From Dehalococcoidales bacterium (GTDB taxonomy: Bacteria; Chloroflexota; Dehalococcoidia; Dehalococcoidales; RBG-16-60-22), in contig DAIQQC010000005.1 in the NCBI GenBank assembly GCA_036787005.1, forward strand, positions 1 through 36,227: a stretch of DNA of 36,227 nt, read 5' to 3'. The translations under genes and the position numbers were made by a program. This document shows positions 17,527 to 25,648 of the stretch, piece after piece (positions within the stretch are counted from its first letter, which is position 1; every line of letters begins with the position of its first letter). Below the pieces are notes generated by a model, which saw only the letters and a program-made list of their open reading frames with translations, ran no database searches and was not told the origin of the DNA.

Positions 17527-18512
17527 ACCAGTCTCAGGACAACGTTATTTTAAACGTGTCTGATTTGAAGATGTATTTCCCTGTCCTTCGCGGGTTGCTG
17601 CGCCGCAAGGTAGCGGACGTTAAAGCTGTCGATGGTGTCTCTTTTCAACTGAAGCGAGGTGAGACCCTGGGTCTCGTCGGCGAGAGCGGCTGCGGTAAGA
17701 CCACAATCGGCCGATGCGTTTTGGGACTTTACCGTGCTACGGCCGGTAAAATAATGTTCCTGGGCGAAGATATCACCACTCTATCTGAAAAGAAACTGCG
17801 TAATGTGCGCAAAAATATCGCCCTCATCTTCCAGGATCCCTATTCATCTCTCGACCCGCGCCAGTCCGCCGGCAGTATCGTCGGCGAGCCTTTGAGAGTC
17901 CACACTGTGGTACTGACCAAGCAAGAATACAAAAATAGAGTGGAAGAGCTTTTCCGCGTCGTTAGCCTCGACCCCTCGATGGCCAACCGCTTCCCCCATG
18001 AGTTTTCCGGGGGCCAGCGCCAGCGTATCGGCGTCGCCCGCGCGCTCGCTTGCTCTCCTTCCCTCATCGTTTGCGATGAACCTATCTCTGCCCTTGACGT
18101 CTCCATCCAGGCGCAGATCATCAATCTGCTGGAGGAATTACAGGACCACAACAAGAACCTGAGCTACCTCTTCATCGCCCATGACCTTTCCGTCGTCCGG
18201 CACATCTCGGACCGCGTCGCGGTGATGTACCTCGGGCATATCGTGGAAATCTGCCGGTCACGGGAGCTTTATGATAACCCCCTTCATCCCTATACCCGGG
18301 CTTTGCTTTCCGCTGTGCCTATCGCCGACCCGTTTCTCGAAGAAACGCGGGAGCGCATCATCCTTAAAGGCGAGGTGCCCAGCCCGCTTAACCCGCCGCC
18401 CGGCTGCCCGTTCCACCCGCGCTGCTTTATGGCTGTCCCGGAGTGCAGCCAGGCTGTGCCGCCTTTAAGGACCATCAGCGAAGGTCACGAGGTCGCCTGC
18501 ACCAGGGTTTAG
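17523..18512 (+). CDS. ABC transporter ATP-binding protein (OppF/DppF-like)
   Basis: ORF 17493..18512. GTG 17523 overlaps the upstream stop (GTGA) and follows GGAG. Walker A GESGCGKT, signature FSGGQRQR, Walker B LIVCDEPISALD. Confidence 0.9.
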   Translation: MNQSQDNVILNVSDLKMYFPVLRGLLRRKVADVKAVDGVSFQLKRGETLGLVGESGCGKTTIGRCVLGLYRATAGKIMFLGEDITTLSEKKLRNVRKNIALIFQDPYSSLDPRQSAGSIVGEPLRVHTVVLTKQEYKNRVEELFRVVSLDPSMANRFPHEFSGGQRQRIGVARALACSPSLIVCDEPISALDVSIQAQIINLLEELQDHNKNLSYLFIAHDLSVVRHISDRVAVMYLGHIVEICRSRELYDNPLHPYTRALLSAVPIADPFLEETRERIILKGEVPSPLNPPPGCPFHPRCFMAVPECSQAVPPLRTISEGHEVACTRV

Positions 18513-18551
18513 GATTATTAGCTGATACCCCCGGTTCAGGGTGATTTCCTG

Positions 18552-18579
18552 TTGTATTCCTGCTTGTATTTTGTATAAT
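18552..18579 (+). promoter_or_regulatory. candidate promoter of the kinase/regulator pair
   Basis: TTGTAT (18552..18557), 16-nt spacer, TATAAT (18574..18579), about 100 nt upstream of the GTG start. Confidence 0.35.
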
Positions 18580-18678
18580 GTAGGAAAGAGCTAAAACGGA
18601 TTCCAATTTCTTCGTATTGAACAGCAGGAAAAGGGGCGAAAAACACGTGAAAGAGACCTTATCCAGGAGTGTCCACCA

Positions 18679-20364
18679 GTGAACAAGGTGTCTCCCGTGA
18701 AGTCGACCGGGCGAGGGGTAAATAGAGCTCCGTCAAGAGCGCACACTGTAAATGCGCCCGTTAAACCCTTGAAAGGGAATAAAGGTTTCTTAGATGCCAT
18801 TTTCAACAGCCTCGAGGACGAACTGATAGTTATTGACCGGGACTACCGGATAATACAGGCCAATGAGGCTGCCCTGTCAAGACACGGCCGCCACAGGCGG
18901 GGAATAATCGGGAAACCCTGTTATGAGATTAGTCATGGCCAGCCGGGGCCGTGCCATCCGCCCCATCATGAATGCCCGCTCCAGGAAGTATGGGAAACCG
19001 GTAAACCGGCACGGGTAACTCACTGTCATATCAGTCATGTCAACGGTGAAGAGCGCGAAAGATACCTTGATATTATCGCCTCTCCAATTACAGACAAACG
19101 GGGAAATGTGATCGCCGTTACCGAAATAATGCGTGACGTGACGGAGGCGAAAGAAGCGGAATCGAGAAGCGTTGAGGCTTACAAAAACCTCGTAGCTTTA
19201 AATACGATTGCCACGGCGGTGAACCAATCGCTGGACCTGGATACCGTGCTTTACAGCGCCATTGAGAAGACGCTGGAGATAATGAGGAGGAACACCGGGG
19301 GAATACTGTTGCTGGATGAAGAAAAGCAAATGTTATGCTACCGCGTCCATAACGGCCTCTCCAAGGAGTATGCTCAATCCGTGTGTTTTCGTCTGGGTGA
19401 AGGTATAGTAGGGAAGGTAGCCCAGAGCGGCGAGGCTATCATGGTGGACGATGTCTCAACGGACCCCCGTATTGCCCATCCCGGTCTTATCGCCGCCGAA
19501 AGGCTGCGTGCCTTTGCCGCTATTCCGCTTCGGGTAAGAGATAAAATCCTGGGAGTGCTTACCATTGCCAGCCATGATGCCCGCAAATTCTCTGGTGAAG
19601 ATGTCCAGCTCCTGGAAAGCATCGCCTCGCAGATAGCCATCGCCGTTGAAAATGCCACGCTGCACCAGGAGGTACAGCATAAAGATGAGAGCCGCGGTGA
19701 GCTCTTGGGCGAGATATTCTCCATCCAGGAGGAAGAACGGAGGAGAATTGCCCGGGAGCTGCACGATGAAACAAGCCAGTCGCTTGCCAGCCTGGCGGCC
19801 AGTCTTGAAGCGGTTGCCGTCATGTTGCCCTCCGGCGCCGATAAGGCCAGGGCCAGACTAAAAAAGATAGAGCAGGTAGCACTGAGCGCCCTTGACGAGA
19901 TACACAGGATAATTTACGAGCTACGGCCCACTTTACTCGATGACCTGGGTCTGGTTGCCGCTGTACGCTGGTTGGCCAATAATAACCTGGGGTCGGCCGG
20001 CATTGAGGTTATCTTTAAGACTACCGGAAGGGTAAGAAGGTTAACTCCCAAAGTGGAGACGATCCTTTTCAGGGTGATCCAGGAAGCGGTGAGCAATATT
20101 GCCAGGCACGCTCACGCCAGGCACGTAGATCTAACACTCCGTTATAAAAAGGATACCATTATTGTTCATATTAAAGACGATGGAGAAGGCTTTGCCGTGG
20201 AAGAGGCGATGAGTTCCCGGGAAAGGCCGCGGGGATTGGGGTTGCTGGGTATGAAAGAAAGAGTGGAACTCGTGCACGGTGCCTTGAATATCCGGTCGGT
20301 TCCCGGCAGCGGCACTGAAGTTCAAATGGAAATTCCCCTGAACCCGGAAGTCGCCGATGGATAA
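18679..20364 (+). CDS. soluble sensor histidine kinase, PAS(Cys/His-rich)-GAF-HisKA_3-HATPase_c
   Basis: 561 aa. GTG start 9 nt after AGGAG; no TM segment; H-box EERRRIARELHDETSQSL; C-terminal ATPase boxes (DDGEGF, GLGLLGMKERV). Confidence 0.85.
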   Translation: MNKVSPVKSTGRGVNRAPSRAHTVNAPVKPLKGNKGFLDAIFNSLEDELIVIDRDYRIIQANEAALSRHGRHRRGIIGKPCYEISHGQPGPCHPPHHECPLQEVWETGKPARVTHCHISHVNGEERERYLDIIASPITDKRGNVIAVTEIMRDVTEAKEAESRSVEAYKNLVALNTIATAVNQSLDLDTVLYSAIEKTLEIMRRNTGGILLLDEEKQMLCYRVHNGLSKEYAQSVCFRLGEGIVGKVAQSGEAIMVDDVSTDPRIAHPGLIAAERLRAFAAIPLRVRDKILGVLTIASHDARKFSGEDVQLLESIASQIAIAVENATLHQEVQHKDESRGELLGEIFSIQEEERRRIARELHDETSQSLASLAASLEAVAVMLPSGADKARARLKKIEQVALSALDEIHRIIYELRPTLLDDLGLVAAVRWLANNNLGSAGIEVIFKTTGRVRRLTPKVETILFRVIQEAVSNIARHAHARHVDLTLRYKKDTIIVHIKDDGEGFAVEEAMSSRERPRGLGLLGMKERVELVHGALNIRSVPGSGTEVQMEIPLNPEVADG

Positions 20365-21007
20365 GATAAAGATACTGGTGGTGGATGACCACGCCGTGTT
20401 GCGCGACGGCATACATGCTTTGCTGGGTCTGAACGACGACATCGAAATAGTCGGCGAAGCATCCGAAGGAAAGGAAGCGGTCGCGAAGGCACAGGAGCTG
20501 ATGCCTGACGTAGTGATTATGGACATCGCCATGCCCGGGATGGATGGCCTGGAGGCCACCCGCCGCATCAGGAAAAAACACCCCAAAATGAAGGTCCTGG
20601 TCCTGACCCAGCACGATAATAAAGAGTACGTACTATCGGTCATCAAGGCAGGGGCTTCCGGGTACGTACCCAAGCGGGCGCTGGGTTCAGAACTGGTATC
20701 GGCGATACGCGCTGTAAAGGAGGGAGACTCTTTCCTGTACCCGTCCGCAGCCGCCGCGCTGATCGAAGATTACCTCCAGCAGACCAAGGACCAGGAGCCC
20801 TATGACCAGCTATCGGCGAGGGAGAGAGAGATATTTCAGCTTATTGCCGAGGGGCATACCAGCCGGGAGATTGCCGACATGTTGTTTCTTAGCCAGAGGA
20901 CGGTCCAGGGACACCGGGTAAAAATAATGGAGAAGCTGAACTTGCATAACCGGACGGAACTGATCAAATATGCCATGCGCAAGGGAGTGGTAAGCCTGGA
21001 TACATAG
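20357..21007 (+). CDS. NarL/LuxR-family response regulator
   Basis: 216 aa. Receiver domain (VVDDH..., MDIAMPGMDG) plus LuxR HTH (LSAREREIFQLIAEGHTSREIADMLFLSQRTVQGHR). Start overlaps the kinase stop by 8 nt. Confidence 0.9.
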   Translation: MDKIKILVVDDHAVLRDGIHALLGLNDDIEIVGEASEGKEAVAKAQELMPDVVIMDIAMPGMDGLEATRRIRKKHPKMKVLVLTQHDNKEYVLSVIKAGASGYVPKRALGSELVSAIRAVKEGDSFLYPSAAAALIEDYLQQTKDQEPYDQLSAREREIFQLIAEGHTSREIADMLFLSQRTVQGHRVKIMEKLNLHNRTELIKYAMRKGVVSLDT

Positions 21008-21040
21008 CAGAGAGCGGCACCCGGCGCTCGGCTGACCGTG

Positions 21041-21075
21041 AAGCTCTAACTCAGGTTAGAGCTTTCGCTTTTTAT
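21041..21075 (+). terminator. intrinsic terminator after the response regulator
   Basis: 10-bp perfect stem aagctctaac / gttagagctt, loop tcag, then tcgCTTTTTA. Confidence 0.7.
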
Positions 21076-21082
21076 CGGCGCT

Positions 21083-21116
21083 AAAAAACAGGTAATTTTT
21101 TTCAAAAAAACGGGTA
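21083..21116. repeat. direct repeat AAAAAAC(A/G)GGTA x2, 22 nt start to start
   Basis: aaaaaacaggta (21083..21094) and aaaaaacgggta (21105..21116), separated by a T7 run. A-tract/T-tract architecture upstream of the small ORF. Confidence 0.4.
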
Positions 21117-21238
21117 GTTTATTGTTTAAGAGCGGATACATGTGCCGTTGTTATAGCTAGTAAGGAAAGATAAGATGAAAATAGAGTAGTCGAGAACCCT
21201 CACGACTACCCACTAAAGTAACTTGAAAGGGGGGTAAC

Positions 21239-21433
21239 ATGAAAATCTTTCGTAATATTTGCACAGCATTGTTCCTGGGCTGCAGTGCCCCGATACTCGT
21301 CTGGGTGGGAGCCGGTGCTGCGCTGTACCAGAGCCGAAAAACGGCCAATCTGCTAAAGCGGGCATGCTCAATTGATTCCGACTGTCCCCCGGGTTTTGCC
21401 TGCGTATCCGGGCGCTGCATGCCCCAGCTATGA
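21239..21433 (+). CDS. small (64 aa) membrane-anchored Cys-rich protein, unknown function
   Basis: Strong RBS AAAGGGGGG 5 nt before the ATG. One hydrophobic helix (ICTALFLGCSAPILVWVGAGAALY), a basic stretch, then ACSIDSDCPPGFACVSGRCMP (C-x5-C-x5-C-x4-C). 3' end overlaps the convergent tatC stop by 6 nt. Confidence 0.45.
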   Translation: MKIFRNICTALFLGCSAPILVWVGAGAALYQSRKTANLLKRACSIDSDCPPGFACVSGRCMPQL

Positions 21434-22174
21434 AACCGGCGAAGAAACCGGCACAACCCCCTGTTCCGTCTTTCGCTGCACAAGTTTAGCCAGCCAGATG
21501 CTCATCTCGTAGAGGACCATTAATGGAACAGCTACCAGCATCTGATTAACAGGGTCAAAAGTTGGCGTGATGATAGCCGCGAGAATCAAAGCCAGGATAA
21601 TAGCCGGTTTTCGCTTATCAGCCAGCCACTTCGGCGTGATAACCCCGAGCCTGGCCAGGAAAGTGGAAACGACCGGTATCTCAAAAACCAGCCCGATCGC
21701 CAGCAGCAGCCTGGTAACCACCGAGATATAGTTACCAATCTTGATCTGGGGAGTGGCGATATCGCTCCCGAAGGTGGTCAGGAACCTCATGCCGGGGGGC
21801 ACCAGGACAAAATAACCGAAGACGACACCGGCGATGAACATCATCCCCACCCACGGCAGTATCAGATATACATATTTCTTTTCCTTACGGGTGAGTGCGG
21901 GCGAGACAAACATCAGGAACTGCAAAACAATATAAGGCATCGCCAGAATGATGCCGCTGGCCAGGCACACCAGCATATAGGTGCCGATCATCTCCGTCAT
22001 CTCTATGTAAATCAGGTTAATCTCGCCGGCCGGCAGGATTAGAATATGGAAAAGCTGCTTGGCGAAGATAAAAGATATACTGGTCGTCAATATTACCGCG
22101 ATGACGCACTTTATCAGGCGGCTCCGGAGCTCCCGCAAATGTCCAAGAATAGGTTGCTTCCCGGTATCGCTCAT
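21428..22174 (-). CDS. tatC: twin-arginine translocase subunit TatC
   Basis: 248 aa, 6 TM. N-terminal ILGHLRELRSRLIK motif; ATGA overlap with the upstream tatA. Confidence 0.9.
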   Translation of the reverse strand: MSDTGKQPILGHLRELRSRLIKCVIAVILTTSISFIFAKQLFHILILPAGEINLIYIEMTEMIGTYMLVCLASGIILAMPYIVLQFLMFVSPALTRKEKKYVYLILPWVGMMFIAGVVFGYFVLVPPGMRFLTTFGSDIATPQIKIGNYISVVTRLLLAIGLVFEIPVVSTFLARLGVITPKWLADKRKPAIILALILAAIITPTFDPVNQMLVAVPLMVLYEMSIWLAKLVQRKTEQGVVPVSSPVS

Positions 22175-22404
22175 TTAGTCTCCCGCTCACTCAAAGGCCG
22201 GGCTTCCTGGGCCGAGGCGGACGTTTTCTTCTCTTCTAGCTCGCCGGTTATCTGGGTCGATAGACTGGAAGTGGCTTTCTTCAGGTTATGCATCATCCTC
22301 CCCAGCGTCCGGCTGATATCGACTATCCTTCCCGGTCCAAATATTATGACGGCAATGACCAGGATAATCAGGATTTCGCCCATACCCATGCCAAAAAATC
22401 CCAT
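22171..22404 (-). CDS. tatA: twin-arginine translocase subunit TatA/E
   Basis: 77 aa. MGEILIILVIAVIIFGPGRIVDISRTLGR: single TM, FGP hinge, amphipathic helix. Confidence 0.85.
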   Translation of the reverse strand: MGFFGMGMGEILIILVIAVIIFGPGRIVDISRTLGRMMHNLKKATSSLSTQITGELEEKKTSASAQEARPLSERETK

Positions 22405-22509
22405 CAGCTTACCTTTCTGCCCGCCAGGTAACGACCTTGTTTCGGTTGCGGCTATACACGCTCATAGGTGTCTATAGCTTCAGTTGATATCAGGTTATTA
22501 CTTTGGGTA

Positions 22510-22701
22510 TTAGCTTTTTTGATCGGCGATTTTTTTAACTTCCGTTTTTTCTTCCACAACGTCTTCGCCGCGTTGTGCCTGGCGGAACTGTCGGATCCCT
22601 TTACCGATAGCTCCACCTATCTGGGGCAGCTTGCCCACACCAAAGACGATCAGGACAATGAGCAGAATAAGGCCGATCTCCCAGGCTCCCATGTGAAACA
22701 T
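22510..22701 (-). CDS. tatA: second TatA/E paralog
   Basis: ORF 22510..22767. ATG at 22701 lies 5 nt after AGGAGGA and gives [39 protein letters not shown]. Confidence 0.85.
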   Translation of the reverse strand: MFHMGAWEIGLILLIVLIVFGVGKLPQIGGAIGKGIRQFRQAQRGEDVVEEKTEVKKIADQKS

Positions 22702-22732
22702 AGCTCTCCTCCTTTTAGTAATACGCGAAGTT

Positions 22733-23230
22733 TTATGCCTGTTCTTGCTTGACCATTTCGGCAACAAGTCGCGCCAGCTGTATCCGGCTGGCTCGGTACC
22801 TTGATCCCATTATTTTAACGAGGTTCTTCATTATCTTGTGTTCGATCGATGGCCTTTCCCGGAAAATATTTTCCAGATTTTTAGCCTTGATACATATAGT
22901 CTCGGCCTTCTCGATGCATATCGCCGAGGTAGTGGGGGCGTTAGGTTCAAGAAAAGCGGAAAAATCCAGGATATTACCGCTGGTCAGGGTAGCGATTCTG
23001 AGTGTCTGGGCCGAGGGCGCGACCTCAACGCGCATTTCAATCACCACCTTACCGTCATGCAATATTTGCATTTCATCAGACGTCATGCCCTGGATGGTAC
23101 AATGCTCGCCAACCAGATAGGTACGGCGATAGCAGTGTTGCGTTATTTTCTCCAGGTCGTCATCCGAGAGCCCGGTAAAAAGCTCTACCCCCCGGATTTC
23201 ACCGACTGATACTTGTCCTTGCGTACCTAT
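22733..23230 (-). CDS. stand-alone cyclic-nucleotide-binding-like (Crp effector) domain protein, no HTH; start codon uncertain
   Basis: The first canonical start (ATG 23086) gives 117 aa. The same frame is open up to 23272 and encodes the conserved domain N-terminus ...[40 protein letters not shown] before that ATG. No ATG/GTG/TTG in that stretch; ATA at 23230 lies 9 nt after GGAGG. Confidence 0.6.
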   Translation of the reverse strand: MGTQGQVSVGEIRGVELFTGLSDDDLEKITQHCYRRTYLVGEHCTIQGMTSDEMQILHDGKVVIEMRVEVAPSAQTLRIATLTSGNILDFSAFLEPNAPTTSAICIEKAETICIKAKNLENIFRERPSIEHKIMKNLVKIMGSRYRASRIQLARLVAEMVKQEQA

Positions 23231-23231
23231 T

Positions 23232-24101
23232 TTAGCTGTCCTCCATAAGCCCGGTTGCTCCGTTAGACTGCATTAGCGGCTTATACCCATTTTTCTGAGC
23301 CTGTATATCCAGGTCCAGGGTAAGGAAACGCTCCAGAGCTAGCAGGACATCATCCCCGGTCTGCCGCAGGTCAACAGCCTTCAGATAATGCCGGCACCGC
23401 TCGCAGACATAAAGCCGGTAAAGCCCTTTATCATCGGGGAAATAGGCCAGGGCGTTCTGGTCCTGCGTGCCGCAATAAGGACACTCCAGGCGCTGGAAGA
23501 GCCATTTAGCGTCGCATCGAGAGCATAAAAGCCACCTGGCCCCCCGCTCCTTATCGAGGAACGCCAGGTCAGGACTGCCCCCGCAAACAGGACAATAGCC
23601 GCGCCGCCACAGCTCGGTATCAATAGAGCCAAGCAGGGCTTCGGCATGGCCCGTCAGAAAAGGCCTGAAGGCAGCCTGGACCACAAACTCCCAGAAGGCT
23701 TTGGCGGCAGCACTATCCCCCGGTACGGGCAATCGGGTCCCTTCGAACGAGGCCTTGGCCAGCTTTTCCAGGGGTAATGCGTCAATTTTCACGCCCGCCG
23801 CTATGTCAGCCCAGGCCTTCGAGTAGCCGGATAATAGGGCGCTGACCTCTTTTAAGGTATCACGGAATAGCGACCAATCGACTGACAGGTCTTCGAATTC
23901 CAGCAGCCGCCGTTCGGCGGTGATGCGTGCTTTGATTTCTTCCGGACTCAGGCCGGGTCGCGGTGTTCCTATTCGCAGCCTGGCCGCCGACTGGGCGGAG
24001 AGCAATTTTCCGTAGAACTCCAGCGCCCCGGGGAGCGGGCCGCCCGTCTTCCCCAGGGTCTCCAGCTTCTTGAGAATTCTATCGTCGATTCCCGTAGTCA
24101 C
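23232..24101 (-). CDS. fdhE: formate dehydrogenase accessory protein FdhE
   Basis: 289 aa. Four CxxC pairs (CPVCGG, CSRCDAKW, CPYCG, CERCRHYLK) in the FdhE arrangement. 4-nt overlap with fdnI. Confidence 0.9.
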   Translation of the reverse strand: MTTGIDDRILKKLETLGKTGGPLPGALEFYGKLLSAQSAARLRIGTPRPGLSPEEIKARITAERRLLEFEDLSVDWSLFRDTLKEVSALLSGYSKAWADIAAGVKIDALPLEKLAKASFEGTRLPVPGDSAAAKAFWEFVVQAAFRPFLTGHAEALLGSIDTELWRRGYCPVCGGSPDLAFLDKERGARWLLCSRCDAKWLFQRLECPYCGTQDQNALAYFPDDKGLYRLYVCERCRHYLKAVDLRQTGDDVLLALERFLTLDLDIQAQKNGYKPLMQSNGATGLMEDS

Positions 24102-24763
24102 TGGTGTTCAATCTCCTCACCCTTGGAAATTCTCTCGTACCATTTGGCATGGTGGGAACAGGCATAATGGGCCGATACCTTCCCCCGCGCCATCGAGCTC
24201 CAGGCGCCGGTCCGCAGAGGTCGCATCAGGGGGTGGATAACTGAAAGGTAGATGTGGACAAAGAACATCGCCCCCGTGACAATGAAGGCGATGTCATGGA
24301 TAAGGACCATCCATTCCAGCAGCGCCGCCGGGGCAACGGTTTTAAACGCCCACATAATGAGACCGGTGATGATGAAAACCCCGCTGAAGACAATTACCAG
24401 CAGCCACCACATCTTCTGTCCCGAGTTCATATGGTCCTGGGGCGGCATGGCCTCCTCATCAGCCAGGAAATAGTAACGCGGTGCCGCCATCAGCCAGCCG
24501 ACATCGTCCATACCCCAGCTGAAAGCATCTTTGATACCCCGCAGGGTCGCTTTCCAGTTGAGCGGTATATAGATCAGAGGCGCAATAATGAATAACGCCG
24601 CGGCGATGCGATGTATCAAGCGGGTCCAGCTATCCTGTGCCAGGAATCCCAGCGCAGGAATGAACAGGATAAGACCGGTGAGAAATAATATGGTGAAAGC
24701 GCCGGCATGTACCCAGTGCAGGATCCGGGTTGGCTTTCGATAGCGCTCAACCTCTTGTTCCAT
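24098..24763 (-). CDS. fdnI: formate dehydrogenase gamma subunit (cytochrome b, FdnI-like)
   Basis: 221 aa, 4 TM. His ligand candidates in RILHWVH, RLIHR, LIHD, FFVHIY. Confidence 0.85.
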   Translation of the reverse strand: MEQEVERYRKPTRILHWVHAGAFTILFLTGLILFIPALGFLAQDSWTRLIHRIAAALFIIAPLIYIPLNWKATLRGIKDAFSWGMDDVGWLMAAPRYYFLADEEAMPPQDHMNSGQKMWWLLVIVFSGVFIITGLIMWAFKTVAPAALLEWMVLIHDIAFIVTGAMFFVHIYLSVIHPLMRPLRTGAWSSMARGKVSAHYACSHHAKWYERISKGEEIEHQ

Positions 24764-24764
24764 C

Positions 24765-25637
24765 TTATTTCTCCTTCTCGGCGGGTTCTTCCTTCTTTGC
24801 CGGTTGTTCTTTCTTTATTTTAGATTCTCTGGCGATAAGGAAGTTGAGACCCAGCCCCAGTATCGTCAGGCCCCCCAGCGCCCACCCCACCGGCTGGATT
24901 ACATCCTTCCAGGCGATGGTGGTCGCCGGGACTTTAGGATCGACGGGAAGCCCGTACGCCTCAGGGGTGTCATCCAGGACATAAATGACGTGCAGTCCGT
25001 CCAGTTCGTGCTCGCCGTATAAATAGGCATTGGTATATCCTTTTGCCACCAGGGTCTGCACCCTTTTTCTTCCCTCGGCTACCAGGGCGTCCCGGTCGCC
25101 GTATTGCAGGGCTTTAGGAGGGCAGGTCTTGACGCAGGCCGGCTCCAGTCCTTCGGCGATGCGGTCGAGGCCCGGGGTGGTGCAGAAAGTGCACTTGTCG
25201 GCTTTGGCGATGCCGGTGAAGAGATTACGTGTCGAGCGCGGTACGTTGAAGGGGCAGGCGTCAATACAGTAGCCGCAGCCGGTGCATGTATCCTTGTTAT
25301 AAGCGACGAAGCCGAACTCATGGTGATACAGAGTGCCGTTGGGGCATGCTTTAACGCAGGCGGCATCGGTGCAATGCATGCAGGCTTGACGGGTGAAGAG
25401 CCAGCGCACCTTGCCGTTGTTTTCCGTCTCTGTAAACCTCATCTTGAGCCAGGTCTGGGGAGAAAGGTCGGGCGGATTTTCATAGCTACCATGGCTTTTT
25501 GCCTGTACCCCTCTTTGATCTGACGGCGGGGGAATATACTCGTCGTTTTCGTTCCATTGCTTGCAGGCAGCCTGGCATCCCCGGCAGGCGGTACACCTTG
25601 TGGCATCGTACAAAATCACTTTATCGGCCATTGTCAC
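24765..25637 (-). CDS. fdnH: formate dehydrogenase iron-sulfur beta subunit (FdnH-like)
   Basis: 290 aa. Four ferredoxin-type Cys clusters (CTACRGCQAAC, CMHCTDAACVKAC, CTGCGYCIDAC, CTFC...), a C-terminal TM anchor and a Lys/Glu-rich tail. Confidence 0.9.
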   Translation of the reverse strand: MTMADKVILYDATRCTACRGCQAACKQWNENDEYIPPPSDQRGVQAKSHGSYENPPDLSPQTWLKMRFTETENNGKVRWLFTRQACMHCTDAACVKACPNGTLYHHEFGFVAYNKDTCTGCGYCIDACPFNVPRSTRNLFTGIAKADKCTFCTTPGLDRIAEGLEPACVKTCPPKALQYGDRDALVAEGRKRVQTLVAKGYTNAYLYGEHELDGLHVIYVLDDTPEAYGLPVDPKVPATTIAWKDVIQPVGWALGGLTILGLGLNFLIARESKIKKEQPAKKEEPAEKEK

Positions 25638-25648
25638 TTACAACCTTT

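Noticed and set aside
21157-21483. 108-aa minus-strand ORF overlapping the small Cys-rich ORF
   Set aside because: It has no RBS, is Arg-rich and low-complexity, and runs antisense to an ORF with a strong RBS. It would also overlap the tatC 3' end.
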